Below, in pieces: positions 55,288-63,692 of a stretch of DNA of 64,000 bases (within the stretch, counting starts at the first letter, position 1; each line of letters opens with the position of its first letter). Location: positions 2,853 through 66,852 of the forward strand of contig JAFRRO010000066.1 in the NCBI GenBank assembly GCA_017428025.1. Direction: 5' to 3'. The notes below the pieces were generated by a model, which saw only the letters and a list, made by a program, of their open reading frames with translations, was not told the DNA's origin and did no database searches. The DNA is from Clostridia bacterium (GTDB lineage: Bacteria > Bacillota > Clostridia > Christensenellales > CAG-138). Position numbers and translations under genes: made by a program.

Positions 55288-55342
55288 ATTGTACCGCCGG
55301 ACTTGTAACAGAGTCATCACAGAGTTGTAAGAGAGTTGTAAA
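55288..55342 (-). promoter_or_regulatory. Response-regulator-box-like TTTACAACTCTCTTACA plus -10 TACAAT (minus strand)
   Basis: On the minus strand: TTACA-N6-TTACA (plus-strand coordinates 55326-55342), 32 nt, then TACAAT (55288-55293). RBS GGAGG precedes the ATG at 55259. Confidence 0.5.
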
Positions 55343-55370
55343 ATCTCGCCTTTTATGCTATACTGACGGC

Positions 55371-56192
55371 ATGGAAGAGCGAAACTGCAAAACGAAATAT
55401 CCGTTGGTGCTGATCCACGGCACGGGCTTTCGCGATCTCAAGATGCCCGTCTACTGGGGCAGGATCCCGCGCGTGCTGCGAGAGCACGGCGCTTCGGTCT
55501 ACTTCGGCGAACAGGACAGCTGGGGCAGCGTGGAATCGAACGCGCACGCGATCTGCGCGCGCATCGATGCGATTCTCGAGCAAACGGGGGCGGAGAAGGT
55601 CAATCTGATCGCGCACTCCAAGGGCGGCGTCGAGGCGCGCATGGTCGCGTCCTCGCTCGGCTACGGAGGCCGCGTTGCGAGCGTCACCACGATCAGCTCC
55701 CCGCATCGCGGATCGAAGACGTTCACCGTCTTTCTCAAGGCCCCGCGCGCGTTCTTTTCGATCGCGGCGTTTGCGGTCAACAACTGGATCCGCATCGTCG
55801 GGGACCGGAATCCCGATTTTCGGCGCGTCTGCGAGGAATTCGCGGTGTCGCACATGGAACGGTTCAACGCGGAGAATCCCGACGTTCCGGGCGTATTCTA
55901 TCAGAGCGTCGCGGGCGTGATGCGCCGTCCGATGTCCGACGTCAGCCTGTGGGTGGCGAACTTCGTTCTGAATCGCATCGAGGGACCGAACGACGGTCTG
56001 GTTTCCGTCTCGTCCGCGGAGTGGGGCGAGCGCTGCATCACGATCTGCGGCAACACGCGCCGCGGGATTTCGCACCTCGACGAGATCGATTTCCGCCGCA
56101 GCGCGCTTTCGAAGAAGGCGGGGGAGAACGTCGGGGATATCACGGATTTCTATACCTGGCTGGTCGACGATCTTCGCAGACGCGGCTTCTGA
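55371..56192 (+). CDS. Secretory-lipase-type alpha/beta hydrolase (triacylglycerol lipase/esterase)
   Basis: YPLVLIHGTGF oxyanion region and AHSKGG nucleophile elbow. Only one usable start codon, with no SD and TATACT 6 nt upstream. Confidence 0.75.
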   Translation: MEERNCKTKYPLVLIHGTGFRDLKMPVYWGRIPRVLREHGASVYFGEQDSWGSVESNAHAICARIDAILEQTGAEKVNLIAHSKGGVEARMVASSLGYGGRVASVTTISSPHRGSKTFTVFLKAPRAFFSIAAFAVNNWIRIVGDRNPDFRRVCEEFAVSHMERFNAENPDVPGVFYQSVAGVMRRPMSDVSLWVANFVLNRIEGPNDGLVSVSSAEWGERCITICGNTRRGISHLDEIDFRRSALSKKAGENVGDITDFYTWLVDDLRRRGF

Positions 56193-56202
56193 AAAAAGGC
56201 AA

Positions 56203-56231
56203 CAAAAAACCCGCCTTACCGGCGGGTTTTT
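56203..56231. terminator. Bidirectional terminator
   Basis: Stem CCCGCC / GGCGGG flanked by A7 and T5, between convergent genes. Confidence 0.8.
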
Positions 56232-56244
56232 GCTGTTCGGATGT

Positions 56245-57069
56245 TCAGTTCTTGGTGCCGACCTTGCCGTTGGCCTTGACGTACTCGGCGTACATCCAGC
56301 CCTTCTTGCCGTCGCTGTTGACCTTGACGTAGTACCACTTGCCGTCCTTGGACTTGTAGTAGATCGTGACGGCTTCGCCTCTCGCATACTCCTTGATGCA
56401 CTGCGATTCCTTGCTTGCATCTTTGCGCAGCGCGATCTTCGAGGTTGCGCTGACGTTGACCGTGCCGGAGACTTCGCCGCCGGTCGTGCCGGAGTACGTG
56501 CCCTGCTTGACATAGTCCTTCTTGATGTAGCCGTACTTGCCGTCGCACTTCACGAACCACCAGCCGTTCTGCTCGGTATACATCGTGACCTCGGTGCCCT
56601 TTGCGATGTCGGACTTGACCTTGTCGTAATTCGTGCCGGGACCTTTGCGCATGTTGACCTTGTCGCCGCTGACATAGCCGTCCTTCGCATTCCGCTTCAT
56701 CGACGAGGTCGGCTCCGTCAGATAACCGGCGGTTGCGGAAGGATTCGCGGTGCCGTCGGCAGGCGGGGTGTTGATGACCGGACCGGAGGAGTTGTTCGGA
56801 TCGGGCGTTTCGTCCGGATTCTCCGAATCGGTCGGATTGATCGGATTGAGAGACGGATCGGGCGTCGGGATCTCGGTCGGCTTGAGCGACGGAGAAGCTT
56901 CGGCTTCGATCGTGGCGGTGGGCGTTGCAACCGGTCTGTTAGGGGACTTGTTCTTGTTGCAGTTCGAGACCAGAACGATCACGACCGTAATCAGAGCAAT
57001 GACCAGGACAGCAATTGCCGATAAAAACAGAATACCCGCGGGAGTGGGTTTGATAGTTTTCTTTGCCAT
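56245..57069 (-). CDS. Membrane-anchored protein with bacterial SH3 domains
   Basis: N-terminal TM, a P/T/S-rich linker, and SH3b-like repeats (VNMRKGPGTNYDKV...GWWFVKCDGKYGYIKKDYV and ALRKDASKESQ...WYYVKVNSDGKKGWMYAEYV). RBS GGAAGGGG lies before the ATG at 57069. Confidence 0.75.
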   Translation of the reverse strand: MAKKTIKPTPAGILFLSAIAVLVIALITVVIVLVSNCNKNKSPNRPVATPTATIEAEASPSLKPTEIPTPDPSLNPINPTDSENPDETPDPNNSSGPVINTPPADGTANPSATAGYLTEPTSSMKRNAKDGYVSGDKVNMRKGPGTNYDKVKSDIAKGTEVTMYTEQNGWWFVKCDGKYGYIKKDYVKQGTYSGTTGGEVSGTVNVSATSKIALRKDASKESQCIKEYARGEAVTIYYKSKDGKWYYVKVNSDGKKGWMYAEYVKANGKVGTKN

Positions 57070-57242
57070 AGATATCCCCTTCCTTATTGAAGTACCTTTA
57101 TCATACACGATTTTTTTCAAAAAGAAAAGTATAAAATCGACTTTTTTTGCTAAATATTTGCGGATTTTTCGTGAAGAAACCCGTTTTATGCAAAAATATA
57201 AAAAAGTTGTTGCAAAAAGATATGGAAATTGATAGACGCGTA

Positions 57243-57251
57243 TGCTATAAT
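57243..57251 (+). promoter_or_regulatory. Extended -10 promoter element upstream of the hydrogenase locus
   Basis: TGcTATAAT about 40 nt before the first gene. No good -35 was seen. Confidence 0.4.
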
Positions 57252-57289
57252 ATTCGATGGTCAGGAATCTGAACTTTCAAGGAGGATGT

Positions 57290-57787
57290 ATGACGAACAA
57301 GATTACCGAAATCCCGTTCCGGGGCACTCCCGAACAGGAAGCACAGCTGAAAGAAGTCATTGCACAGTACAAAGGACACAGCGATGCAATGATGCCGGTG
57401 CTGCAGAAGGCACAGGAAATCTACGGCTATCTGCCGATCGAAGTGCAGACGATGGTCGCAGAGGGCTTGGGCGTTTCGCTTGAGCAGGTTTACGGCGTTT
57501 CCACGTTCTATTCGTGGTTTACGCTCGAGCCGAAGGGCGAACACCTGATTCGCGTTTGCCTCGGCACGGCATGTTATGTCAAGGGCTCCGCGGATATCCT
57601 TGCGGAACTCGAACGCCAGCTCGGCATCAAAGCAGGGCACACCACCAACGACGGCAAGTTTACACTCGAAGCAACGCGCTGCCTCGGCTGCTGCGGTCTC
57701 GCGCCGGTCATGACCATCGACGACGACGTATTCGGCCGTTTGGTACCCGCAGACGTCAAGGGCATTCTGGAGAAATACCGCGCATAA
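57290..57787 (+). CDS. hydC: NuoE-like [2Fe-2S] subunit of a bifurcating-type [FeFe]-hydrogenase
   Basis: Thioredoxin-like 2Fe-2S motif pattern: C(LGTAC)...C...CLGCCGLAP. RBS AGGAGGA is present. Confidence 0.8.
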   Translation: MTNKITEIPFRGTPEQEAQLKEVIAQYKGHSDAMMPVLQKAQEIYGYLPIEVQTMVAEGLGVSLEQVYGVSTFYSWFTLEPKGEHLIRVCLGTACYVKGSADILAELERQLGIKAGHTTNDGKFTLEATRCLGCCGLAPVMTIDDDVFGRLVPADVKGILEKYRA

Positions 57788-57803
57788 CCGAAAGGAAACG
57801 AAC

Positions 57804-58142
57804 ATGACTATCCGGGAGATGGCTGAACGCTTGGAGGCTACTGTCTATGCAGAGCCCGATCAGCTCGATATCGATCTCAAAGGCGCCTTCGGCAGCGACA
57901 TGATGAGCGATGTACTCGCGTTCGCGGACGACCGCGACGTGCTTCTGACGGGGCTTTTGAACTCGCAGATCGTGCGTACCGCGCACATGCTCGATATGAG
58001 CTGCATCATCATCGTTCGCGGCAAGAAGGCGACGGAGGAGATCAAAACGCTCGCCGTCGAGAATCACATCGCGCTTTTGGAAACAAAAATGACGATGTAC
58101 GAGGCAAGCGGAAGACTGTACGAAGGCGGTTTGGGAAGATGA
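57804..58142 (+). CDS. DRTGG domain protein
   Basis: 112 aa, ...SDMMSDVLAF...VLLTGLLN...IIIVRGKK..., typical of small DRTGG proteins in hydrogenase loci. Confidence 0.65.
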   Translation: MTIREMAERLEATVYAEPDQLDIDLKGAFGSDMMSDVLAFADDRDVLLTGLLNSQIVRTAHMLDMSCIIIVRGKKATEEIKTLAVENHIALLETKMTMYEASGRLYEGGLGR

Positions 58143-58570
58143 CAGAGAACGAACCGCTGCATTTCCACTACGACGTAGACGGTAACAACTTCACATCCGC
58201 GGGGGAAGCTTCCGTGCAGGTCAAACGGATGCTTCGTCAGATGGGATTCCATCCCGATCTGATCCGCCGGATCTCCGTCGCCATGTATGAAGGCGAGATC
58301 AATATGGTCATTCATGCAAAGGGCGGAGACGCGGACGTGTATGTAACGCCGGAGTGTATCACAGTCGTCTTGAAGGACGTCGGTCCCGGCATCAAGGATG
58401 TCAATCTCGCGATGCAGGAGGGCTACTCGACGGCTCCGGATAACATTCGTTCGCTCGGCTTCGGTGCCGGTATGGGTTTGCCGAACATGAAGCGCTATTC
58501 GGACGAGCTGAAGATCGATTCGGTTGTCGGCGTCGGCACGACGATCGAAATGAAATTTTTGCCGGCATAA
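58139..58570 (+). CDS. Anti-sigma-regulatory-factor-like ATPase (GHKL/HATPase_c fold, SpoIIAB-like)
   Basis: 143 aa with EGEINMVIHA, DVGPGI and GFGAGMGLPNM (N, G1 and G2-type boxes). Confidence 0.65.
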   Translation: MTENEPLHFHYDVDGNNFTSAGEASVQVKRMLRQMGFHPDLIRRISVAMYEGEINMVIHAKGGDADVYVTPECITVVLKDVGPGIKDVNLAMQEGYSTAPDNIRSLGFGAGMGLPNMKRYSDELKIDSVVGVGTTIEMKFLPA

Positions 58571-58579
58571 GGAGGACGC

Positions 58580-59875
58580 ATGATCGTATACAAGCATTCC
58601 GTATCGCTCGACGCGGATAAGTGCAAGGGGTGTACCACCTGCTTGCGCCGCTGCCCCACGCAGGCGATCCGCATCCGCGACGGAAAGGCTTGTATCAATC
58701 CGAATCTCTGCATCGACTGCGGAGAATGCATCCGTCACTGCCCCTATAAGGCGAAAAAGGCTGATTTTGACCAATGGGATTCGCTCGATCGCAGCAAGTT
58801 CCTGATCGCGCTGCCTGCGCCGTCGCTGTTCGGCCAGTTTGCGAATCTCGACGATACCGATTATCTCCTGCAGGGGCTGATGGACCTCGGCTTCAACGAC
58901 ATCTTTGAAATCGCGAAAGCCGCGGAACTGGTTACCGACTATACCCGCGCCTACATGCAGCGCATGGGAGACGCACAGGCGCCGTTCATCAGCACGGCGT
59001 GTCCGGTCGTGGTACGGCTCATTTCACTGCGGTTCCCGACGCTGCGGAACAAGATGGTTCCGGTTGCGCCGCCGATCGAACTGGCGGGCAAGCTCGCAAA
59101 GGAACGCGCGCTGAAGGAGCATCCCGATCTCAAACCGGAGGACGTCAGGACCGTGTTCATCTCCCCGTGTCCCGCAAAGGTCAGCTGGGTAAAGAACACG
59201 CCTGCGGACAAGGAATGCTATGTGGACTATGTGGTGTCCATGAGCGACGTGTACTTCCGTCTGCTGTCCAAGATGGACCGCAAAAAGACGCCGAAGGTCA
59301 CGTCCGAATCCGGCGCGATCGGCATGAGCTGGCCCTCGTCGGGCGGCGAGGCAAGCGCGCTGATGAACGATCACTATCTGGCGGCGGACGGTGTGGAGAA
59401 CATCATCCGCGTGCTGGACGACATCGAAATGGGACATTTCCCCGATCTGAAATTCGTCGAGATGAACGCCTGCCCGGGCGGCTGTGTCGGCGGCGTGATG
59501 ACGGTGGAGAATCCGTATATCGCACGCGTGCGGATCCGTTCGCTGCAGCGGTATATGCCGATTGTCCAGAACCGCATCTCGCTTCAGGAGGGCGAGCCGA
59601 TTCCGCGCGAGATTCTGACCGTCGAGCCCGGCGAATACAGTTCCGCCGAGCTTCTGAACGCGGATCGGGCGCAGTCGTTCCGTATGATGTCGGAGATCGA
59701 ACGCATCTGGAAACTGCTTCCGGGCATGGACTGCGGATCGTGCGGCGCACCGACGTGCCGCGCGCACGCAGAGGACGTCGTGCGGGGCGAATCGTCGCTT
59801 GACGATTGCGTCATCCGCATGAGAGAACAGCTCAAAGCGCTGCAGAAAGAGGACGGAAAGGGAGAAGAGTCATGA
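58580..59875 (+). CDS. Sensory-type [FeFe]-hydrogenase-like protein (H-cluster domain with altered P1 motif, 2x[4Fe-4S] N-terminus, C-terminal Cys4 domain)
   Basis: Ferredoxin motifs CKGCTTCLRRCP and CIDCGECIRHCP. P1 is STACP (canonical TSCCP), P2 is SPCPAK, P3 is MNACPGGCVGG. The C-terminus carries CGSCGAPTC. Confidence 0.7.
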   Translation: MIVYKHSVSLDADKCKGCTTCLRRCPTQAIRIRDGKACINPNLCIDCGECIRHCPYKAKKADFDQWDSLDRSKFLIALPAPSLFGQFANLDDTDYLLQGLMDLGFNDIFEIAKAAELVTDYTRAYMQRMGDAQAPFISTACPVVVRLISLRFPTLRNKMVPVAPPIELAGKLAKERALKEHPDLKPEDVRTVFISPCPAKVSWVKNTPADKECYVDYVVSMSDVYFRLLSKMDRKKTPKVTSESGAIGMSWPSSGGEASALMNDHYLAADGVENIIRVLDDIEMGHFPDLKFVEMNACPGGCVGGVMTVENPYIARVRIRSLQRYMPIVQNRISLQEGEPIPREILTVEPGEYSSAELLNADRAQSFRMMSEIERIWKLLPGMDCGSCGAPTCRAHAEDVVRGESSLDDCVIRMREQLKALQKEDGKGEES

Positions 59876-60201
59876 CGGTTAGCGAACTGATCGAACGAAC
59901 GGGCTGTACGCCGCTTCTGCTCTCCGAAGGCGACCGTGAGGTCACCGGCGGATATGCGGGCGATCTTCTGAGCTGGGTGATGGGACGCGCGCAAAGCGGC
60001 GACTGCTGGGTTACGATCATGTCGAACGTGAACGTGGCGGCGGTCGGACAGCTGACCGACTGCGCCTGCATCGTCTTCTCCGAGGGCGTGCATCCGGACG
60101 AGCCGGTGATCAATGCGGCGAAGCTGCACGGACTGAACCTGCTTCTGTCCGACAAATCCACGTTTGAGATCTGCGCCGAGGTCGGTGCTCTGCTCAAATG
60201 A
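59872..60201 (+). CDS. DRTGG domain protein (second copy)
   Basis: 109 aa, ...GDLLSWVMG...WVTIMSNVN...CIVFSEG.... ATGA overlap with the preceding gene. Confidence 0.6.
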   Translation: MTVSELIERTGCTPLLLSEGDREVTGGYAGDLLSWVMGRAQSGDCWVTIMSNVNVAAVGQLTDCACIVFSEGVHPDEPVINAAKLHGLNLLLSDKSTFEICAEVGALLK

Positions 60202-60917
60202 GGTCGCTCCGGTACGATCTGCATCTGCATTCGTGCCTGTCTCCGTGCGGAGACATGGATATGACGCCCTGCAACATCGCGGGCATGGCGCATTTGAACG
60301 AACTCGATCTTGTCGCGCTGACCGATCACAACACGACGGACAACTGTCCGGCATTCTTCGCGGCATGCGAGGAATACGGCATCGTGCCGGTGGCGGGCAT
60401 GGAACTGACCACGGCGGAGGACGTGCATCTGCTCTGCGTGTTCGAAACGCTCGAAGACGCGACGGCGTTCGGCGAGGAAGTCCGGACGCACCGGATGCGG
60501 ATCAAAAACCGCGTGGAGATCTTCGGCGAGCAGGCGATCCTGAACGAACGGGACGAAAAAATCGGAGAGGATCCGTATTTTCTTCCGGCAGCGACGGATC
60601 TCGATCTCGAAGCGGCGGCGAAGCTGGTCGCAGCGCACAACGGCGTCTGCTGGCCGGCGCACATCGACCGAGACGCGAACGGACTGCTTGCGGTGCTGGG
60701 ATTCTTTCCGCCGAAACCGGAGTTTCGAATCGCAGAACTGCGCGACGCGAAAAAACGCGAACTGGCGGGGGACCGTGCCGTCGTCGTCTGTTCGGACGCG
60801 CACCGGCTGTGGGAGATCGGCGAAGCGGGCGGATGCCTGACGCTCGATACCGACGCAACCGATGCGGAAACGGTGCGGCACGCGCTGTTTTCGAACCTGC
60901 GGGAGGGAAAGCTGTGA
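60198..60917 (+). CDS. PHP-domain phosphoesterase
   Basis: DLHLHS...SPCG... and ALTDHN motifs of the PHP metal-binding fold. Confidence 0.75.
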   Translation: MRSLRYDLHLHSCLSPCGDMDMTPCNIAGMAHLNELDLVALTDHNTTDNCPAFFAACEEYGIVPVAGMELTTAEDVHLLCVFETLEDATAFGEEVRTHRMRIKNRVEIFGEQAILNERDEKIGEDPYFLPAATDLDLEAAAKLVAAHNGVCWPAHIDRDANGLLAVLGFFPPKPEFRIAELRDAKKRELAGDRAVVVCSDAHRLWEIGEAGGCLTLDTDATDAETVRHALFSNLREGKL

Positions 60918-61468
60918 AGGAACTTTCGCTGAACATTCTGGATATCGCACAGAATTCGATCCGTGCCGAAGCGACGCGCATCGAGATTCTGATCGACGAG
61001 ACCGAAACGACGCTCAGGCTGACGATCCGCGACAACGGCTACGGCATGTCGGAGGACTTTGTCAAGACCGTGACGGATCCCTTCTCCACGACGCGCACCA
61101 CGCGCAAGGTGGGCATGGGGATCCCGCTTCTGAAGCTTGCGGCGGAACAAACGGGCGGAACCTTCTCGATCCGATCGGTCGAACGGTCGGTCGATCCGGA
61201 ACACTGCGGCACGGAAACGTCCGCGCTGTTCTACAAAAACCATCTGGATTTCACACCGCTCGGCGATGTGGTCTCCTCGATCGTATTGTTGATTCGCGCA
61301 AGCGAAAAAACGGACTTCGTGTTTCGACACACGATGCCGGATCGCACGGTTGCCCTCGACACGCGCGAATTGAGACAGGTATTGGGGGAAGAGGTACCTT
61401 TGGACGAATATGAGGTCCTCGCTTGGATCCGGGATATGCTGAAGGAGCAGTATGCTGCTGAGGCTTGA
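60914..61468 (+). CDS. Stand-alone histidine-kinase-like ATPase (HATPase_c) protein, GTG start
   Basis: N-box NILDIAQNS, G1 DNGYGM and G2 GMGIPLL. GTGA overlap with the PHP gene. The 434-aa ORF-track entry is rejected upstream of 60914. Confidence 0.7.
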   Translation: MKELSLNILDIAQNSIRAEATRIEILIDETETTLRLTIRDNGYGMSEDFVKTVTDPFSTTRTTRKVGMGIPLLKLAAEQTGGTFSIRSVERSVDPEHCGTETSALFYKNHLDFTPLGDVVSSIVLLIRASEKTDFVFRHTMPDRTVALDTRELRQVLGEEVPLDEYEVLAWIRDMLKEQYAAEA

Positions 61469-61503
61469 AATATTCGCAAAATAAGAACGAAAGGATCAAA
61501 CAC

Positions 61504-61872
61504 ATGAAAACATTGGAAGAACTTGCACAGATTCGTGACAGAATGAAAAACAAGGTCGCGCTTCGGGAAGGCAGCGGCGAGATCCGCGTGGTCGTCGGCA
61601 TGGCAACGTGCGGCATCGCGGCAGGCGCACGCCCCGTTCTGAACGCCTTTGTGGAACAGGTTGCGGACCAGAACCTCGGTGACCGTGTGACCGTCACGCA
61701 GACAGGCTGCATCGGTATGTGCCGCTTTGAGCCGATCGTTGAGGTTTTCGAAGGGGACAAGGAACGCGTAACCTACGTCAAGGTTAAGCCCGAAATGGTG
61801 CCCGAAATCATCAAAGAGCATTTGATCGGCGGCAAGCCCGTCACAAAATATACCATCGGTGCGGTGGAATAA
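61504..61872 (+). CDS. Thioredoxin-like [2Fe-2S] ferredoxin domain protein
   Basis: VVVGMATCGIAAGA...TGCIGMCRFEP pattern. RBS GAAAGGA is present. Confidence 0.7.
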   Translation: MKTLEELAQIRDRMKNKVALREGSGEIRVVVGMATCGIAAGARPVLNAFVEQVADQNLGDRVTVTQTGCIGMCRFEPIVEVFEGDKERVTYVKVKPEMVPEIIKEHLIGGKPVTKYTIGAVE

Positions 61873-61887
61873 CGGAGGAATAGAAGA

Positions 61888-63681
61888 ATGATTCGTACGC
61901 ATGTTTTGATTTGCGGCGGTACGGGTTGTACCTCTTCCGGCAGCGTCAAGATTGCGGCTGCAATGGAGGAAGAAATCGCAAAAAGAGGCCTTTCCGAAGA
62001 AATCAAGGTCGTTCGTACCGGCTGCTTCGGTCTGTGCGCATTGGGCCCTGTCATGATCGTGTACCCGGAGGGCACGTTCTACAGCCGCGTGAAGCTGGAG
62101 GATGTTCCGGAGATCGTCGAAGAGCACTTCCTGAAGGGCCGTGTGGTCGATCGTCTCGTCTATCGTGAGACCGAAGGCAATGAGAAGGTCGAGGTTCCGT
62201 CCCTGCAGGAGACCGGCTTCTACAAGACGCAGATGCGTGTTGCGCTTCGCAACTGCGGCGTCATCAACCCGGAGCAGATCGACGAGTACATCGCGATGGA
62301 CGGCTATGCCGCTCTCGGCAAGGTGCTCACCGAAATGACGCCGGAAGAAGTCATTCAGGTCATGAAGGATTCCGGCCTTCGCGGCAGAGGCGGCGCAGGC
62401 TTCCCGACTGGCATGAAGTGGGACTTCGCGGCGCGCAACAAGGTTCCGCAGAAGTACGTGGTCTGCAACGCGGACGAGGGCGACCCCGGCGCGTTCATGG
62501 ACCGTTCCGTTCTCGAAGGCGATCCGCATGCCGTGCTCGAAGCAATGGCGATCGCCGGCTATGCGATCGGCGCAAACAAGGGCTTCATTTACGTCCGTGC
62601 AGAGTACCCGATCGCGGTCAAGCGTCTTGAGATCGCAATCGGTCAGGCGCGTGAATACAACCTGCTCGGCAAGGACATCTTCGGCACCGGCTTCGACTTC
62701 GATATCGAAGTACGTCTCGGCGCAGGCGCGTTCGTCTGCGGCGAGGAGACCGCGCTTCTGACCTCCATCGAGGGCAACCGCGGCGAGCCGAGAAACAAGC
62801 CCCCGTTCCCGGCGAACAAAGGTCTGTTCGGTCAGCCGACGATCATCAACAACGTCGAAACGCTCGCGAACATCCCGCAGATCATCCTGAAGGGCGCGCA
62901 GTGGTTCGCATCCATGGGCACCGAGAAGTCCAAGGGCACCAAGGTCTTCGCACTCGGCGGCAAGATCGTCAACACCGGTCTCGTCGAGATCCCGATGGGC
63001 ACCACGCTGCGTGAGATCATTTACGACATCGGCGGCGGCATCCCGAACGGCAAAAAGTTCAAGGCAGTCCAGACCGGCGGTCCGTCCGGCGGCTGCATCC
63101 CGGCACAGTTCCTCGATCTGCCGATCGACTATGACAACCTCATCAAGATCGGCGCGATGATGGGCTCCGGCGGTATGATCGTCATGGACGACTCGACCTG
63201 CATGGTCGACGTCGCGCGCTTCTTCCTCGACTTCACGGTCGACGAGAGCTGCGGCAAGTGCACCCCGTGCCGTATCGGTACGAGACGCCTTCTCGAAATG
63301 CTTGACAAGATCACGTCCGGCAACGGAACGCTCGAAGATCTCGACAAGATGGAAGAGCTCTGCAACTACATCAAGGCGAACGCGATGTGCGCGCTCGGTC
63401 AGACGGCGCCGAACCCGGTCCTGTCCACGCTGAAGTATTTCCGCGACGAGTACGAAGCGCACGTCGTCGAAAAGCGCTGCCCGGCGGGCGTCTGCAAGAA
63501 GCTCATGCACTACGAGATTCAGGCCGACAAGTGCCGCGGCTGCACGCTGTGCGCACGCAAGTGCCCCGCAAACGCGATCACCGGCAAGGTCAAGGAACCG
63601 CATGTCATCGACCAGTCGAAGTGCATCAAGTGCGGCGCCTGTATGGAGGGCTGCAAGTTCTCCGCCATCATCAAGAAATAA
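61888..63681 (+). CDS. hydB: NuoF-like FMN/NAD(H)-binding Fe-S subunit of [FeFe]-hydrogenase
   Basis: GRGGAGFPTG (FMN/NADH site), ESCGKCTPCR (N3 cluster), an N-terminal 2Fe-2S domain and a C-terminal 2x[4Fe-4S] domain. Confidence 0.9.
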   Translation: MIRTHVLICGGTGCTSSGSVKIAAAMEEEIAKRGLSEEIKVVRTGCFGLCALGPVMIVYPEGTFYSRVKLEDVPEIVEEHFLKGRVVDRLVYRETEGNEKVEVPSLQETGFYKTQMRVALRNCGVINPEQIDEYIAMDGYAALGKVLTEMTPEEVIQVMKDSGLRGRGGAGFPTGMKWDFAARNKVPQKYVVCNADEGDPGAFMDRSVLEGDPHAVLEAMAIAGYAIGANKGFIYVRAEYPIAVKRLEIAIGQAREYNLLGKDIFGTGFDFDIEVRLGAGAFVCGEETALLTSIEGNRGEPRNKPPFPANKGLFGQPTIINNVETLANIPQIILKGAQWFASMGTEKSKGTKVFALGGKIVNTGLVEIPMGTTLREIIYDIGGGIPNGKKFKAVQTGGPSGGCIPAQFLDLPIDYDNLIKIGAMMGSGGMIVMDDSTCMVDVARFFLDFTVDESCGKCTPCRIGTRRLLEMLDKITSGNGTLEDLDKMEELCNYIKANAMCALGQTAPNPVLSTLKYFRDEYEAHVVEKRCPAGVCKKLMHYEIQADKCRGCTLCARKCPANAITGKVKEPHVIDQSKCIKCGACMEGCKFSAIIKK

Positions 63682-63692
63682 GGAGGACGACC

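Noticed and set aside
54801-55370. N-terminal 190 codons of the 463-aa ORF containing the lipase.
   Set aside because: The region is antisense to the well-supported two-repeat protein gene. It is Arg-rich and crosses the divergent promoter region. Lipase homology starts at the ATG at 55371.
57121-57289. Rex operator (TTGTGAA-N4-6-TTCACAA) upstream of the hydrogenase operon.
   Set aside because: Only a half-site-like TTCGTGAAG was seen, with no matching inverted half at appropriate spacing.
60164-60913. N-terminal 250 codons of the 434-aa ORF ending at 61468.
   Set aside because: It overlaps the PHP-domain gene in another frame and has Arg/Gly-rich composition. The HATPase_c homology begins at the GTG at 60914, which is coupled to the PHP stop.
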